Shown here: one piece after another, positions 1-12,680 of the stretch
Layout: every line of letters begins with the position of its first letter
Position numbering within the stretch: the stretch's first letter is position 1
NCBI RefSeq assembly: GCF_039654945.1
Contig: NW_027361982.1
Coordinates: 3,720,001 to 3,784,000, forward strand
Reading direction: 5' to 3'
Length of the DNA: 64,000 nucleotides
Source: Dendrobates tinctorius
Taxonomy: Eukaryota
The notes under the pieces: model-generated
The model's database searches: none
What the model was told of the DNA's origin: nothing
The model's input: the letters and a program-made list of their open reading frames with translations, nothing else
Made by a program: the position numbers and the translations under genes

Positions 1-3000
1 AATACTGGAGTCTCCGTCTAACCAAACGAGAATCCAATATTTTCTCTACCTCATATTCCACATTGCCTTTAACCAATACAGGGTCAGGAGGTGCCACCTC
101 AGGAACTACTGGCTCAACAAAACCCTTCAACAGTGACTTGTGAAATACGTTATGGATTTTGAACGTAACTGGAAGAGCCAATCGAAAAGAAACAGGATTA
201 AGAATCTCCAAAATCTTATAAGGTCCAATAAATCTGGGCTTAAATTTTGGAGATGCAACCTTCATAGGAATATTCTTAGACGACAACCAAACCATATCAT
301 CCACTTTAAACCAGGGACCAATGGTCCTATGCCGGTTGGAAAAACGCTGGGCCTTTTCCTGAGAGAGTGACAACTTATCCACCACTTGGTCCCATATCTG
401 CTGCATTCTCACAACCACAGTGTCTACACCTGGGCAGGACGAAGATTCCACTTGCCCTGAAGAGAATCGAGGATGAAACCCAAAATTACAGAAAAAGGGT
501 GACATCAAAGTGGCAGAACTTGCTCTATTGGTCAGCGCAAATTCGGCCAAGGGCAAAAATGAGACCCAATCATCTTGATCAGCAGATATAAAACATCTTA
601 AATAAGACTCCAGGGTCTGGTTTGTTCTCTCAGTCTGCCCATTGGTCTGGGGATGAAACGCGGAGGAGAAGGATAACTGAATTCCCAGATTGGAATAAAA
701 GGCTTTCCAGAATCTGAAAACAAACTGGACCCCTCTATCGGACACAATGTTCTCAGGAATCCTGTGCAACCAAACCACCTGTTGTAAAAACAAGGGTACC
801 AACTCAGCGGAAGATGGCAACTTTGGGAGTGGTACAAGAAGGACCATCTTCGAAAATCTATCACAAATCACCCAGATAACAGTAATTCTCTGAGAGACAG
901 GAAGATCAGAAATAAAATCCATTGAGATATGGGTCCATGGCCTCTTGGGCACCGGCAGGGGCATCAGCAACCCACTAGAACGAGAACAGGGTTTAGACCG
1001 AGAACAAGACCCACAGGACTGTACAAAATTCCTGACATCATGAGATAAGGCAGGCCACCAAAACAACCGACTCACCAAATCTCTGGTACCAAAAATACCC
1101 AGATGACCAGCCAATGCAGAGCAATGGACTTCAGACATCACTCTCTTTCTCCACTGGTCAGGAACATACAATCTTCCCATAGGGCAACGCTCAGGTTTAT
1201 CCTCCTGAAATTCCTCCAGGGCGTGTCTCAAATCGAGCGAAATGGCAGAAAGAACTACCCCCTCACCTAGGATAGTAGTAGGCTCGGTCACATTAAGAGA
1301 ATCAGCAAAGAAACTCCTAGAAAGGGCGTCTGCCTTAACATTCTTAGTGTCCGGAAGAAAAGAGACCACAAAATTAAAACGCGTGAAAAACAAGGCCCAT
1401 CTAGCCTGTCTAGGATTCAAGCGTTTGGCCGACTCCAGATAAATCAGATTCTTGTGATCGGTGAGGACCACAAATTGATGTCTAGCTCCCTCCAACCAAT
1501 GTCTCCACTCCTCAAATGCCCATTTCATGGCCAACAATTCCTAATTCCCCACGTCATAGTTGCGTTCAGATGGGGAAAACTTTCGAGAAAAGAAGGCACA
1601 GGGATTCATCTTAGAAGTCACAGGTTCTTTTTGGGACAAAACAGCTCCTGCACCAATCTCAGAAGCGTCTACCTCCACTTGAAATGGAAGTGAGACATCA
1701 GGTTGCCGTAAAACTGGAGCTGAAGTAAATCTCCGCTTAAGCTCCTGAAATGCTGAGACTCAGGAGACCAATTCAGCACATCAGCTCCCTTCTTGGTCAG
1801 ATCAGTCAGTGGTCTGGCAATACTAGAAAAATTACCTATAAAATTACGATAGAAATTAGAAAAACCCCAAAACTTCTGGAGAGCCTTCAAAGAAGTAGGC
1901 TGAACCCAATCATAAATGGCCTGTACCTTGGCCGGGTCCATTTCAATAGTCGATGGAGACAAGATAAATCCCAAAAATGAAATTCTCTGTACACCAAAGA
2001 GGCACTTCGATCCCTTAACAAACCAGGAATTCTCCCTCAAAATCCGGAACACAGTCCGCACATGTTCCACATGGGAATCCCAATCACTAGAAAAGATCAA
2101 AATATCATCCAGACAGATGATCAAAAACTTATCCACAAAGTCTCGGAAAATATCATTCATAAAGGACTGGAAGACAGAAGGGGCATTAGAGAGCCCAAAA
2201 GACATCACCAGGTACTCAAAATGTCCCTCCGGAGTATTAAACGCCGTCTTCCATTCATCCCCGTGCTTGATGCGAATAAGATTATACGCCCCCCTGAGGT
2301 CAAGCTTAGTAAACCAGCAGGCACTCTTAACTCTGGAGAATAAATCAGACATCAGAGGTAACGGGTACTGATACTTAACCGTCATCTTGTTAAGGGAACG
2401 ATAATCAATACACTGTCTTAATGAACCATCTTTCTTGGCCACAAAAAAAACCCAGCACCTGAAGGTGACAAGGATGGTCTAATATGACCCTTCTCCAACG
2501 ACTCCTTAATATAGGATCGCATAGCATCATGTTCGGGTACAGATAAGTTGAAAAGCCGACCCTTGGGAAAATTACACCCAGGCATCAAGTCAATTGCACA
2601 GTCATAACTCCTGCGAGGAGGCAAAGACGCAGACTTACTCTCACTAAATACATCAGAAAAATCAGCCAGATAATCAGGAATATCATGAGACTGAGGAGAG
2701 GTGGAGAAAACAGGAGCGTCCCTAAGAACACACTGACAACCCCAACTCACCACAGAGACAGATTTCCAATCCAAAACTGGGTTATGAGTTTGCAACCAGG
2801 GGAACCCCAGAACAATAGTATCATGCACATTATGCAGCACCAAAAATTTACAATTTTCTTGGTGGTCTGGGGTAACTCGCATTGTCACCTGGGTCCAAAA
2901 CTGAGGTTTATTCTCCGCCAAAGGAGTGGCATCAATACCCCTCAAAAGAATAGGCGTCTGCAGTGGCGTAATGGACAAACCACAACGTTTAGCAAAGTCC

Positions 3001-3035
3001 AAATCCATCAGATTCAGAGCTGCTCCTGAATCCAT
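1..3035 (-). pseudogene. Gypsy pol: aspartic protease, reverse transcriptase, RNase H, integrase, chromodomain (frameshifted)
   Basis: DSGA protease motif (ORF 2418-3035); RT motifs KLDLRGAYNLIRIK, WKTAFNTPEGHFEYLVM, FGLSNAPSVFQ, with YLDD mutated to CLDD (ORF 1669-2442); integrase PWTHISMDF and PQTNGQTERTNQ; IGPYKILE module; chromodomain start EYEVEKILDSRLVRRRLQY at ~1-58. Confidence 0.93.
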
Positions 3036-4010
3036 GTGGACAAGGAGCAGATCAGAGTAATTGCCAAAAGGAACTTAGGTTCTATACTGCCCACAGCAAA
3101 TGTGTGTGCAAAACGTTTCTCTCGTTTAGGGCAGACAGAAATAGTATGAGAGGCGTCTCCACAGAAAAAACACAGCTTATTACTAGTGTTGAGCGATACC
3201 AGCCGATACTGAAAAATATCGTATCGGAATGGATCGGCCGATCTAAAAAAAAGTATCGGGTATTGCCGATTCCGATCCCGGAAGTCCCATTCAAGTCAAT
3301 GGGACAGAAATATCGGAACTGAAAAAACCCCTCTCTTGCCTTGTACAGCCTGTTCGGGAGGGGGGAAGATTGTGGGCGGTGTGTGGGCGGACACTGTGCG
3401 TGTCTGTGTGTGCGGGCGGGGTCTGTATGGGCCTCTCGGTGGACTGTACGGGCCTCTCGGGGGCCTGTGCCGGCCTGTCGGGGGCCTGTGCGGCTGTCTG
3501 TATGGGCCTCTCGGGGGTCTGTGCCGGCCTGCCGGGGGCCTGTGCCGGCTGCCGGTGGTCTGTATGGGCCTCTCGGGGGCCTGTGCCGGCCTGCCGGGCA
3601 GGGCCGCCATCAGGGCATGACAGGCCTTACATGTGTATGGGGCCCGGTGATTAGGGGGGCCCGACCATGCTGGCAGCCCGATCCGCGCTGGGGCCCCCCT
3701 ACATTTTATACAGGCTTCTGCAGCTTTATTTTAAATTCAGACTCAGCGCCTGCCGGGCCCCCCGGGCCCCTCGGGCAGGCCCCCCCGCACCATGGTCCAG
3801 CCAGCGCCGAAATCCCCCCCTGCACAATGGTCCAGCCACAGCTCCGCCCTCACCTGACGTCACACACTGCTCTGCTCCTCCACTTCCTCATTCAGTCAGT
3901 GTGCCACGTGGGACTGGGAGAGGGAGGGAGCCTCGCCGCTGGAGCACAGCCAGATAACAAGGTAAGAAGAATTTTTTTTTTTTTTTGAGAGCGGCTATCC
4001 AGGGGGCCCG

Positions 4011-5290
4011 GAGCAGAATGCTGGACGCTGGGGCAGAATGCTGGGGGCAGAATGCTGGACGCTGGGGGCAGAATGCTGGACGCTGGGGGCAGAATGCTGG
4101 AGGCAGAATGCTGGATGCTGGGGGCAGAATGCTGGAGGCAGAATGCTGGACATGGGGCAGGAATGCTGGGGGCAGAATGGACATGGGGCAGAATGCTGGA
4201 CGCTGGGGCAGAATGCTGGGGGCAGAATGCTGGACGCTGGGGGCAGAATGCTGGGGGCAGAATGCTGGATGCTGGGGGCAGAATTCTGGGGGCAGAATGC
4301 TGGACGCTGGGGGCAGAATGCTGGGGGCAGAATGCTGGACGCTGGGGGCAGAATGCTGGACGCTGGGGGCAGAATGCTGGGGGCAGAATGCTGGATGCTG
4401 GGGGCAGAATTCTGGGGGCAGAATGCTGGACGCTGGGGGCAGAATGCTGGGGGCAGAATGCTGGATGCTGGGGGCAGAATGCTGGACGCTGGGGGCAGAA
4501 TGCTGGGGGCAGAATGCTGGACGCTGGGGGCAGAATGCTGGGGGCAGAATGCTGGACATGGGGCAGGAATGCTGGGGGCAGAATGGACATGGGGCAGAAT
4601 GCTGGACGCTGGGGCAGAATGCTGGGGGCAGAATGCTGGATGCTGGGGGAAGAATGCTGTGGGCAGAATGCTGGACGCTGGGGGCAGAATGCTGGGGGCA
4701 GAATGCTGGATGCTGGGGGCAGAATGCTGGGGGCAGGATGCTGGGGGCAGAATGCTGGGGGCAGAATGCTGGACAAGGGGCAGGAATGCTGGGGGCAGAA
4801 TGGACATGGGGCAGAATGCTGGACATGGGGCATAATGCTGGACACTGGGGGCAGAATGGACATGGGGCAGAATGCTGGACATGGGGCATAATGCTGGACA
4901 CTGGGGGCAGAATGGACATGGGGCAGAATGCTGGACATGGGGCATAATGCTGGACACTGGGGGCAGAATGGACATGGGGCAGAATGCTGGACGCTGGGGA
5001 CAGAATGCTGGACGCTGGTGGCAGAATGCTGGATATGAGGGCAGCCTGTGAGACGGGGCAGAATGCTGGACATGGGGCAGAAGAATGCTGGACGCTGGGG
5101 CAGAATTCTGGACATGGGGCAGAATGCTCGAAGCTGGGGCAGAATGCTGGAGACTGAGGCAGAATGCTGGACGCTGGGGGCAGAATGCTGGACATGGGGG
5201 CAGTCTGTGAGCTGGGGCAGAATGTTGGACGCTGCGGGCAGAATGGTGGACGCTGGGGGTAGAATGCAAGACACTGGGGCAGAATGCTGG
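4011..5290. repeat. G-rich minisatellite built on GGGGGCAGAATGCTG(GACGCT)
   Basis: Tandem 14-21-bp variant units. Confidence 0.95.
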
Positions 5291-5972
5291 ACATGGGGGC
5301 AGAATGTGACAGTGAGACACAGGAGGGGGCAGAATGTGACAGTGAGACACAGAAGGGGGCAGAATGTGACAGTGAGACACAGAAGGGGGCAGAATGTGAC
5401 AGTGAGACACAGGAGGGGGCAGAATGTGACAGTGAGACACAGGAGGGGGCAGAATGTGACAGTGAGACACAGGAGGGGGCAGAATGTGACAGTGAGACAC
5501 AGGAGGGGGCAGAATGTGACAGTGAGACACAGGAGGGGGCAGAATGTGACAGTGAGACACAGGAGGGGGCAGAATGTGACAGTGAGACACAGAAGGGGCA
5601 GAATGTGACAGTGAGACACAGGAGGGGGCAGAATGTGACAGTGAGACACAGGAGGGGGCAGAATGTGACAGTGAGACACAGGAGGGGGCAGAATGTGACA
5701 GTGAGACACAGGAGGGGGCAGAATGTGACAGTGAGACACAGGAGGGGGCAGAATGTGACAGTGAGACACAGGAGGGGGCAGAATGTAACAGTGAGACACA
5801 GGAGGGGGCAGAATGTGACAGTGAGACACAGGAGGGGGCAGAATGTGACAGTGAGACACAGAAGGGGGCAGAATGTGACAGTGAGACACAGGAGGGGGCA
5901 GAATGTGACAGTGAGACACAGGAGGGGGCAGAATGTGACAGTGAGACACAGGAGGGGGCAGAATGTGAGACA
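5291..5972. repeat. 30-bp minisatellite GGGGGCAGAATGTGACAGTGAGACACAGGA
   Basis: Roughly 22 near-identical tandem copies. Confidence 0.95.
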
Positions 5973-7640
5973 CTGGGCATGATTGGAGATAGATGGAGCA
6001 GGGTCATGGGGCAGGATGGATACGATTTAGACAGATTGGTCAGGAGGGGAGATCATATGGGGCAGAATGGATACTGATGAGGGTGGGATGGGAGAACATA
6101 TGGCTGAAGCCAGGAATGCGACACACGGGGGTCAGGATGGGGGATATTATTACCATAGGGGCTGATTAAGGGATATTATTACTGCAGTGATGTATTTATT
6201 TTATTTTCTTGAGGATACTGTTGTAAATGGGGGGGCGGTCCTGTTACTGTGTAGAGTGATACTATGTCGCCTTTTTTTCTTCATGTGGTGTAATGTAGAA
6301 GTTGGGAAAAAATAAGTAATGTGTTCTGCAAGCGGAGCTCTAGATAACTGTGTTATTTCCTGCAGAGACAAGTCCTGGCTGGAAGACATGATGGCGATCT
6401 GTGCTGGATGAAAGATGAAAACCAAAGATGAAGGACTTCACCTAGAGACATCACTGGTGAGTTAGTGTGTTACCTGTACACTGACACTATGTACAGAGGT
6501 CCTGTGTATAATGTCACCGGTGATCACTGTGTTACCTGTACATTATATACAGAGCTCCTGTGTATAATGTCATTGATCACTATATTACCTGTACACAGAC
6601 ACTGCATACGAAGTACAGATCTTGTGTGTATAATGTCTCTTATGGTCATAGTATTATGTTTTTTTAATTAATGTCAGTATTGTAGTATTCAGTCTCCATG
6701 TGGTGGTAATATGTGGTCTGGGCATGGTGCAGTGGTATTTGTCCCTTGTATATTCTATTATTTGGTCACTTTGTGGTGGTAATTTGCGGTCTGTTCATGG
6801 TGCGGTGGTATTTGTTCGTTGTATGTGATATTATTTGGTCACTATGGTAGTAATATGTGGTCTGGTCATGGTATGGCGGTATTTGTTCCTTGTATGTCTT
6901 ATTATAGGTCACTATGTGGTGGTAATATGTGGTCTGGACATGGTGTAGCGGTATTTGTTCCTTGTATGTGGTGGTAAGTTATGGTCTGGACATGGTGCGG
7001 TGGTATTTGTTCCTTGTATGTGATATTATTGGTCATTTTAAAAAATTGAAAAATAAATAAAAATATACCTAAATTGTATTGCATATTTTAACAAATATTT
7101 AATAGGTTACAGTAGAGTAGGGCCTGACCAAAAGTGTCTACCCTGTTATGGTGGCGACTTAAAACAATCTTTTGGCCAAAGCAAAAGCTGCTGGCTATAT
7201 GTGTGACCTGGTGATGGGAACTGTTAATGTGTGATAGGTGAGAAGTGGAGTTTATCCAAGAGAGAGCGGTGGGACTGTGGACAGTTCGAGTGGTGGAGGC
7301 GGGGCTGGATGGAGCCTGGGCGGAGTCTAAAGGGGGCCCCGAAAATTTTGCCAGTATGGGGCCCCGAAATTCCTAGTGGCAGCCCTGCTGCCGGGGGCCT
7401 GTGCCGGCTGCCGGTAGTCTGTATGGGCCTCTCGGGGGCCTGTGCCGGTCTGCCAGGGACCTGTGCCGGCTGCCGGTGGTCTGTATGGGCCTTTTAGGGG
7501 CCTGTGCCGGCTGTCGGTGGTTTTGAGTGTGTGCAGGCATCGTCCGATGGGACTACAAGTCCCATCGGGCGATGCCTGCTACACTGACAGTGATTGACAC
7601 ATTAGCCAATGATGGGACAGTAGTAGTCCCATCATCCGGC

Positions 7641-7800
7641 NNNNNNNNNNNNNNNNNNNNNNNNNNNNNNNNNNNNNNNNNNNNNNNNNNNNNNNNNNNN
7701 NNNNNNNNNNNNNNNNNNNNNNNNNNNNNNNNNNNNNNNNNNNNNNNNNNNNNNNNNNNNNNNNNNNNNNNNNNNNNNNNNNNNNNNNNNNNNNNNNNNN
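7641..7800. other. Assembly gap (160 N)
   Basis: Run of n characters. Confidence 1.
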
Positions 7801-8109
7801 CATACATACTACATATATACATACTACATACATACTACATACATACTACATCCATACTACATATATACATACTACATACATACATACTACATTCATACAA
7901 CATACATATATAACTACATACATACAACATACATACTACATATATACATACTACATATATACATACTACATACATGCTACATACATACTACATATATACA
8001 ACATTCATACAACATACATACATACATGCTACATATATACAACATACATATATACTACATACATACAACATACATACTACATATATACATACTACATACA
8101 TGCTACATA

Positions 8110-9673
8110 CAGTCATGGCCAAAAGTTTTGAGAATGACACAAATATTAATTTTTACAAAGTCTACTGCTTCATTTTTTCTAATGGCAATTTGCATATACT
8201 CCAGAATGTTATAAAGAGTGATCAGCTTAACAGCAATTACTTGCAAAGTCAATATTTGCCTAGAAAATGAACTTTATCCCCCAAAACACATTTCAACATC
8301 ATTGCAGCCCTGCCTTAAAAGGACCAGCTAACATCGTTTCAGTGATTGCTCCATTAACATAGGTGTGGGTGTTGATGAGGACAGGGCTGGAGATCAATCT
8401 GTCATGATTAAGTAAGAATGACACCACTGGACACTTTTAAAGGAAGCTGGTCTTGGCATCATTGTTTCTCTTCTGTTAACCATGGTTATCTCTAAAGAAA
8501 CACCTGCAGTCATCATTGCACTGCACAAAAATGGCCAAACAGGGAAGAGTATCGCAGCTAGAAAGATTGCACCTAAGTCAACAATCTATCGCATCATCAA
8601 GAACTTCAAGGAAAGAGGTTCCCTTGTTGCCAAAAAGGCTCCAGGGCGCCCAAGAAAGACCAGCAAGCGCCAGGACCGTCTCTTAAAAGTGTTTCAGCTG
8701 CGGGATCGGGCTACCAGCAGTGCAGAGCTTGCTCAGGAATGGCAGCAGGCAGGTGTGAGTCCATCTGCACGCACTGTGAGGCAGAGACTCTTGGAGCAAG
8801 GCCTGGTCTCAAGGAGGGCAGCAAAGAAGCCACTTCTCTCCAGGAAAAACATCATGGACAGACTGATATTCTGCAAGAGGTACAGGGAGTGGACTGCTGA
8901 GGACTGGGGTAAAGTCATTTTCTCTGATGAATCCCCTTTTCGATTGTTTGGGACATCTGGAAAACAGCTTATTCGGAGAAGACCAGGTGAGCGCTACCAC
9001 CAGTCTTGTCTCATGCCAACTGTCAAGCATCCTGAAACCATTCATGTGTGGGGTTGCTTCTCAGCCAAGGGAATGGGCTCTCTCTCAGTCTTGCCTAAAA
9101 ACACAGCCATGAATAAAGAATGGTACCAGAATGTCCTCCAAGAGCAACTTCTCCCAACCGTCCAAGAGCAGTTTGGCGATCAACAATGCCTTTTTCAACA
9201 TGATGGAGCACCTTGCCATAAAGCAAAGGTGATAACTAAATGGCTCAGGGAACAAAACATAGAGATTTTGGGACCATGGCCTGGAAACTCCCCAGATCTT
9301 AATCCCATTGAGAACTTGTGGTCAATCATCAAGAGACGGGTGGACAAACAAAAACCTTCAAATTCAGACAAAATAAAAGCATTGATTTTGCAAGAATGGA
9401 CTGCTATCAGTCAGGATTTGATCCAGAAGTTGATTGAGAGCATGCCAGGGAGAATTGCTGAGGTCCTGAAGAAGAAGGGTCAACACTGCAAATATTGACT
9501 TGCTGCATTAACTCATTCTAACTGTCAATATAACCTTTTGCTACTCATAATATGATTGCAATTATATTTCTGTATGTGATAAAAACATCTGACAAACACA
9601 TAAAAACCAGAGGCCAGCAGATCATGTGAAAATATAATATTTGTGTCATTCTCAAAACTTTTGGCCATGACTG
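8110..9673 (+). mobile_element. Full-length Tc1-like DNA transposon, DD35E (Traveler-type), 1564 bp
   Basis: 39-bp perfect TIR CAGTCATGGCCAAAAGTTTTGAGAATGACACAAATATTA; TA TSD on both sides; intact transposase ORF. Confidence 0.95.
8482..9498 (+). CDS. Tc1-family transposase, 338 aa, intact, DD35E triad
   Basis: N-terminal HTH, GRPRK linker, FSDES, VWGCFS, QHDGAPCH and WPGNSPDLNPIENLW motifs; 35 residues counted between the second D and the E. Confidence 0.95.
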   Translation: MVISKETPAVIIALHKNGQTGKSIAARKIAPKSTIYRIIKNFKERGSLVAKKAPGRPRKTSKRQDRLLKVFQLRDRATSSAELAQEWQQAGVSPSARTVRQRLLEQGLVSRRAAKKPLLSRKNIMDRLIFCKRYREWTAEDWGKVIFSDESPFRLFGTSGKQLIRRRPGERYHQSCLMPTVKHPETIHVWGCFSAKGMGSLSVLPKNTAMNKEWYQNVLQEQLLPTVQEQFGDQQCLFQHDGAPCHKAKVITKWLREQNIEILGPWPGNSPDLNPIENLWSIIKRRVDKQKPSNSDKIKALILQEWTAISQDLIQKLIESMPGRIAEVLKKKGQHCKY

Positions 9674-9936
9674 TACATACATACTACATACATACATACT
9701 ACATACATACATACATACTACATATATACTACATATATACATACTACATACATACTACATATATACATACTACATACATACTGCATACATACTACATACA
9801 TACTACATATATACATACTACATACTATACATACTACATACATACTACATATATACTACATACATACAACATACATACTACATATATACATACTACGTAT
9901 ATACATACTACATACATGCTACATACATACTACATA

Positions 9937-10835
9937 CACTCACTGGCCACTTTATTAGGTACACCATGCTAGTAACGGGTTGGACCCCCTTTTGCCTTCA
10001 GAACTGCCTCAATTCTTCGTGGCAGAGATTCAACAAGGTGCTGGAAGCATTCCTCAGAGATTTTGGACCATATTGACATGATGGCATCACACAGTTGGCG
10101 CAGATTTGTCGGCTGCACATCCCTGATGCGAATCTCCCGTTCCACCACATCCCAAAGATGCTCTATTGGATTGAGATCTGGTGACTGAGGAGGCCATTTG
10201 AGTACAGTGAACTCATTGTCATGTTCAAGAAACCAATCTGAGATGATTCGAGCTTTATGACATGGCGCATTATCCTGCTGAAAGGAGCCATCAGATGCCT
10301 GTTCTTAGCTGAGAGGAGTGGTACCCAGTGTGGTCTTCTGCTGCTGTAGCCCATCTGCCTCAAAGTTCGACGCACTGTGCGTTCAGAGATGCTCTTCTGC
10401 CTACCTTGGTTGTAACGGGTGGCAATTTGAGTCACTGTTGCCTTTCTATCAGCTCGAACCAGTCTGCCCATTCTCCTCTGACCTCTGGCATCAACATGGC
10501 ATTTCCGGCCACAGAACTGCCGCTCACTGGATTTTTTTTCTTTTTCGGACCATTCTCTGTAAACCCTAGAGATGGTTGTGCGTGAAAATCCCAGTAGATC
10601 AGCAGTTTCTGAAATTCTCAGACCAGCCCTTCTGGCACCAACAATCATGCCACGTTCAAAGGCACTCAAATCACCTTTCTTCCCCATACTGATGCTCGGT
10701 TTGAACTGCAGGAGATTGTCTTGACCATGTCTACATGCCTAAATGCACTGAGTTGCCGCCATGTGATTGGCTGATTAGAAATTAAGTCTTAACACACAGT
10801 TGGACAGGTGTACCTAATAAAGTGGCCAGTGAGTG
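9937..10835 (-). mobile_element. Internally deleted Tc1-like transposon, DD36E (Incomer-type), 899 bp
   Basis: 29-bp TIR CACTCACTGGCCACTTTATTAGGTACACC, TA TSD; N-terminus MGKKGDLSAFERGMIVGARRAG; after a deletion near 10297 another frame reads QQDNAPCHKARIISDWFLEHDNEFTVLKWPPQSPDLNPIEHLW (36 residues between D and E). Confidence 0.9.
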
Positions 10836-11019
10836 TATATACAACATTCATACAACATACATGCTACATATATACAACATACATACTACATATATACTGC
10901 ATTCATACAACATACATATAAACTACACACATACATACATACAACATACTACAGACATACAACATACATACTGCATACAATACATTCATACAATACATAC
11001 ATAGACATACAGTACATCT

Positions 11020-11600
11020 AACACAGAGTACATAATCACCATTACTTGTCACTTTGATCCCCGAAGCCAGTGTCATCTAAGGAAAAATATGAAAATAACA
11101 AGCCACCAAATACTCCCTGATCCGCAGAAATCCACGAGTGAGTGTCCCACGCCGATCTTCCGTGGAGAGCAGCAGCATCAGCTGATGTGACCGCTCTCTA
11201 CGGGGCTCAGGAATCTAGTGTCGGGAGGTAGGTATCCTTCCGCACAGTATTCCTCCGCCACTGTAAAAAAATAGTCCCTGGTCTCACTTTATGGCAAATG
11301 CTGCGTGGGAACTTTTTCACACAGCAATGCCAAAAGTGAGACTAGGGACTATTTTTTACAGTGGCGGAGGAATACAGTGCGGAAGGATACCTACTTCCCG
11401 ACACTGGATTCCTTGAGCCCCTAGAGAGCGGTCGCATCAGCTCATGCTGCTGCTCTCCATGGGAGATCGGCGTGGGACACACGTGGATTTCTGCGGATCA
11501 GGGAGTATATGGCTTGTTTGTTATTTTCATATTTTTCCTTAGATGACACTGGCTTCGGGGAACAATGTGACAAGTATTGGTGAGTATGTACTCTGTGTTA
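11020..11600. repeat. Central ~290-bp-arm inverted repeat of the foldback element (centre ~11312)
   Basis: e.g. GCCAGTGTCATCTAAGGAAAAATATGAAAATAAC versus GTTATTTTCATATTTTTCCTTAGATGACACTGGC; TATTCCTCCGCCACTGTAAAAAA versus TTTTTTACAGTGGCGGAGGAATA. Confidence 0.92.
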
Positions 11601-12680
11601 TATGTACTGTATGTCTATGTATGCATTGCATGAATGTATTGTATGCAGTATGTATGTTGTATGTCTGTAGCATGTTGTATGTATGTAGTATATATGTATG
11701 TTGCATGAATGTAGTATATATGTAGTATGTATGTACTATGTATGTATGTTGTATGCAGTATGTATGTTGTATGAATGTAGTATATATGAAGCATGTATGT
11801 AGTATGTATGTATGTTGTATGAATGTAGTATATATGTAGCATGTATCTAGTATATATGTATGTTGTATGAATGTAGTATATATGAAGCATGTATGTAGTA
11901 TGTATGTTGTATGTAGTATATATGTAGTATGTAGTATATATGTATGTTGTATGAATGTAGTATATATGTAGCATGTAGTATATATGTATGTTGTATATAT
12001 GTAGCATGTATGTATGTTGTATGAATGTTGTATATATGTAGTATGTATGTAGTATGTATGTAGTATATATGTATGTAGTATGTATGTAGTATATATGTAT
12101 GTTGTATGAATGTAGTATGTATGTAGTATGTATATATGTAGTATGTATGTAGCATGTATGTAGTATGTATGTAGCATATATGTATGTAGTATGTATGTAG
12201 TATGTATGTAGTGTGTATGTAGTATGTATGTAGTATGTATGTAGTATATATGTATGTTGTATGAATGTAGTATGTATGTAGTATGTATATATGTAGTATG
12301 TATGTAGCATGTATGGAGTATGTATGTAGCATATATGTATGTAGTATGTATGTAGCATGTATGTAGTATGTATGTAGTATATATGTATGTTGTATGAATA
12401 TAGTATATATGTAGTATGTATGTAGTATGTATATAGTATGTATGTAGTATGCATATAGGTAGCATGTATGTAGCATGTATGTAGTATGTATGTAGTATAT
12501 ATGTAGTATGTATGTATGTAGTATGTATATAGTATGTATGTAGTATGTATATATGTAGCATGTATGTAGTATGTAAGTAGTATATATGTATGTAGTATGT
12601 ATATATGTAGTATGTAGTATGTATGTATGTAGTATGTAGTATGTAGTATGTATGTAGTATGTATGTATGTAGTATGTTTT
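11600..12680. repeat. TAGTATGTATG-type low-complexity tract (right arm, reverse complement of the left arm)
   Basis: Mirror of the 7801-11020 tract. Confidence 0.9.

Larger units (their letters stand above)
3599..7387. mobile_element. Non-autonomous hAT element nested in the 3184-13198 element
   Basis: Imperfect TIR CAGGGCCGCCATCAGG / CCTAGTGGCAGCCCTG; perfect 8-bp TSD CTGCCGGG at 3591-3598 and 7388-7395; host repeat continues on both sides. Confidence 0.87.
7801..11020. repeat. CATACATACTA-type low-complexity tract (left arm), interrupted by two Tc1-like elements
   Basis: Tandem catacatacta/catatata variants at 7801-8109, 9674-9936 and 10836-11020. Confidence 0.9.

Noticed and set aside
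3888-6007. Long ORFs of 265-693 aa in several frames
   Set aside because: Translations of stop-poor minisatellites inside a hAT element; open on both strands, with no domain.
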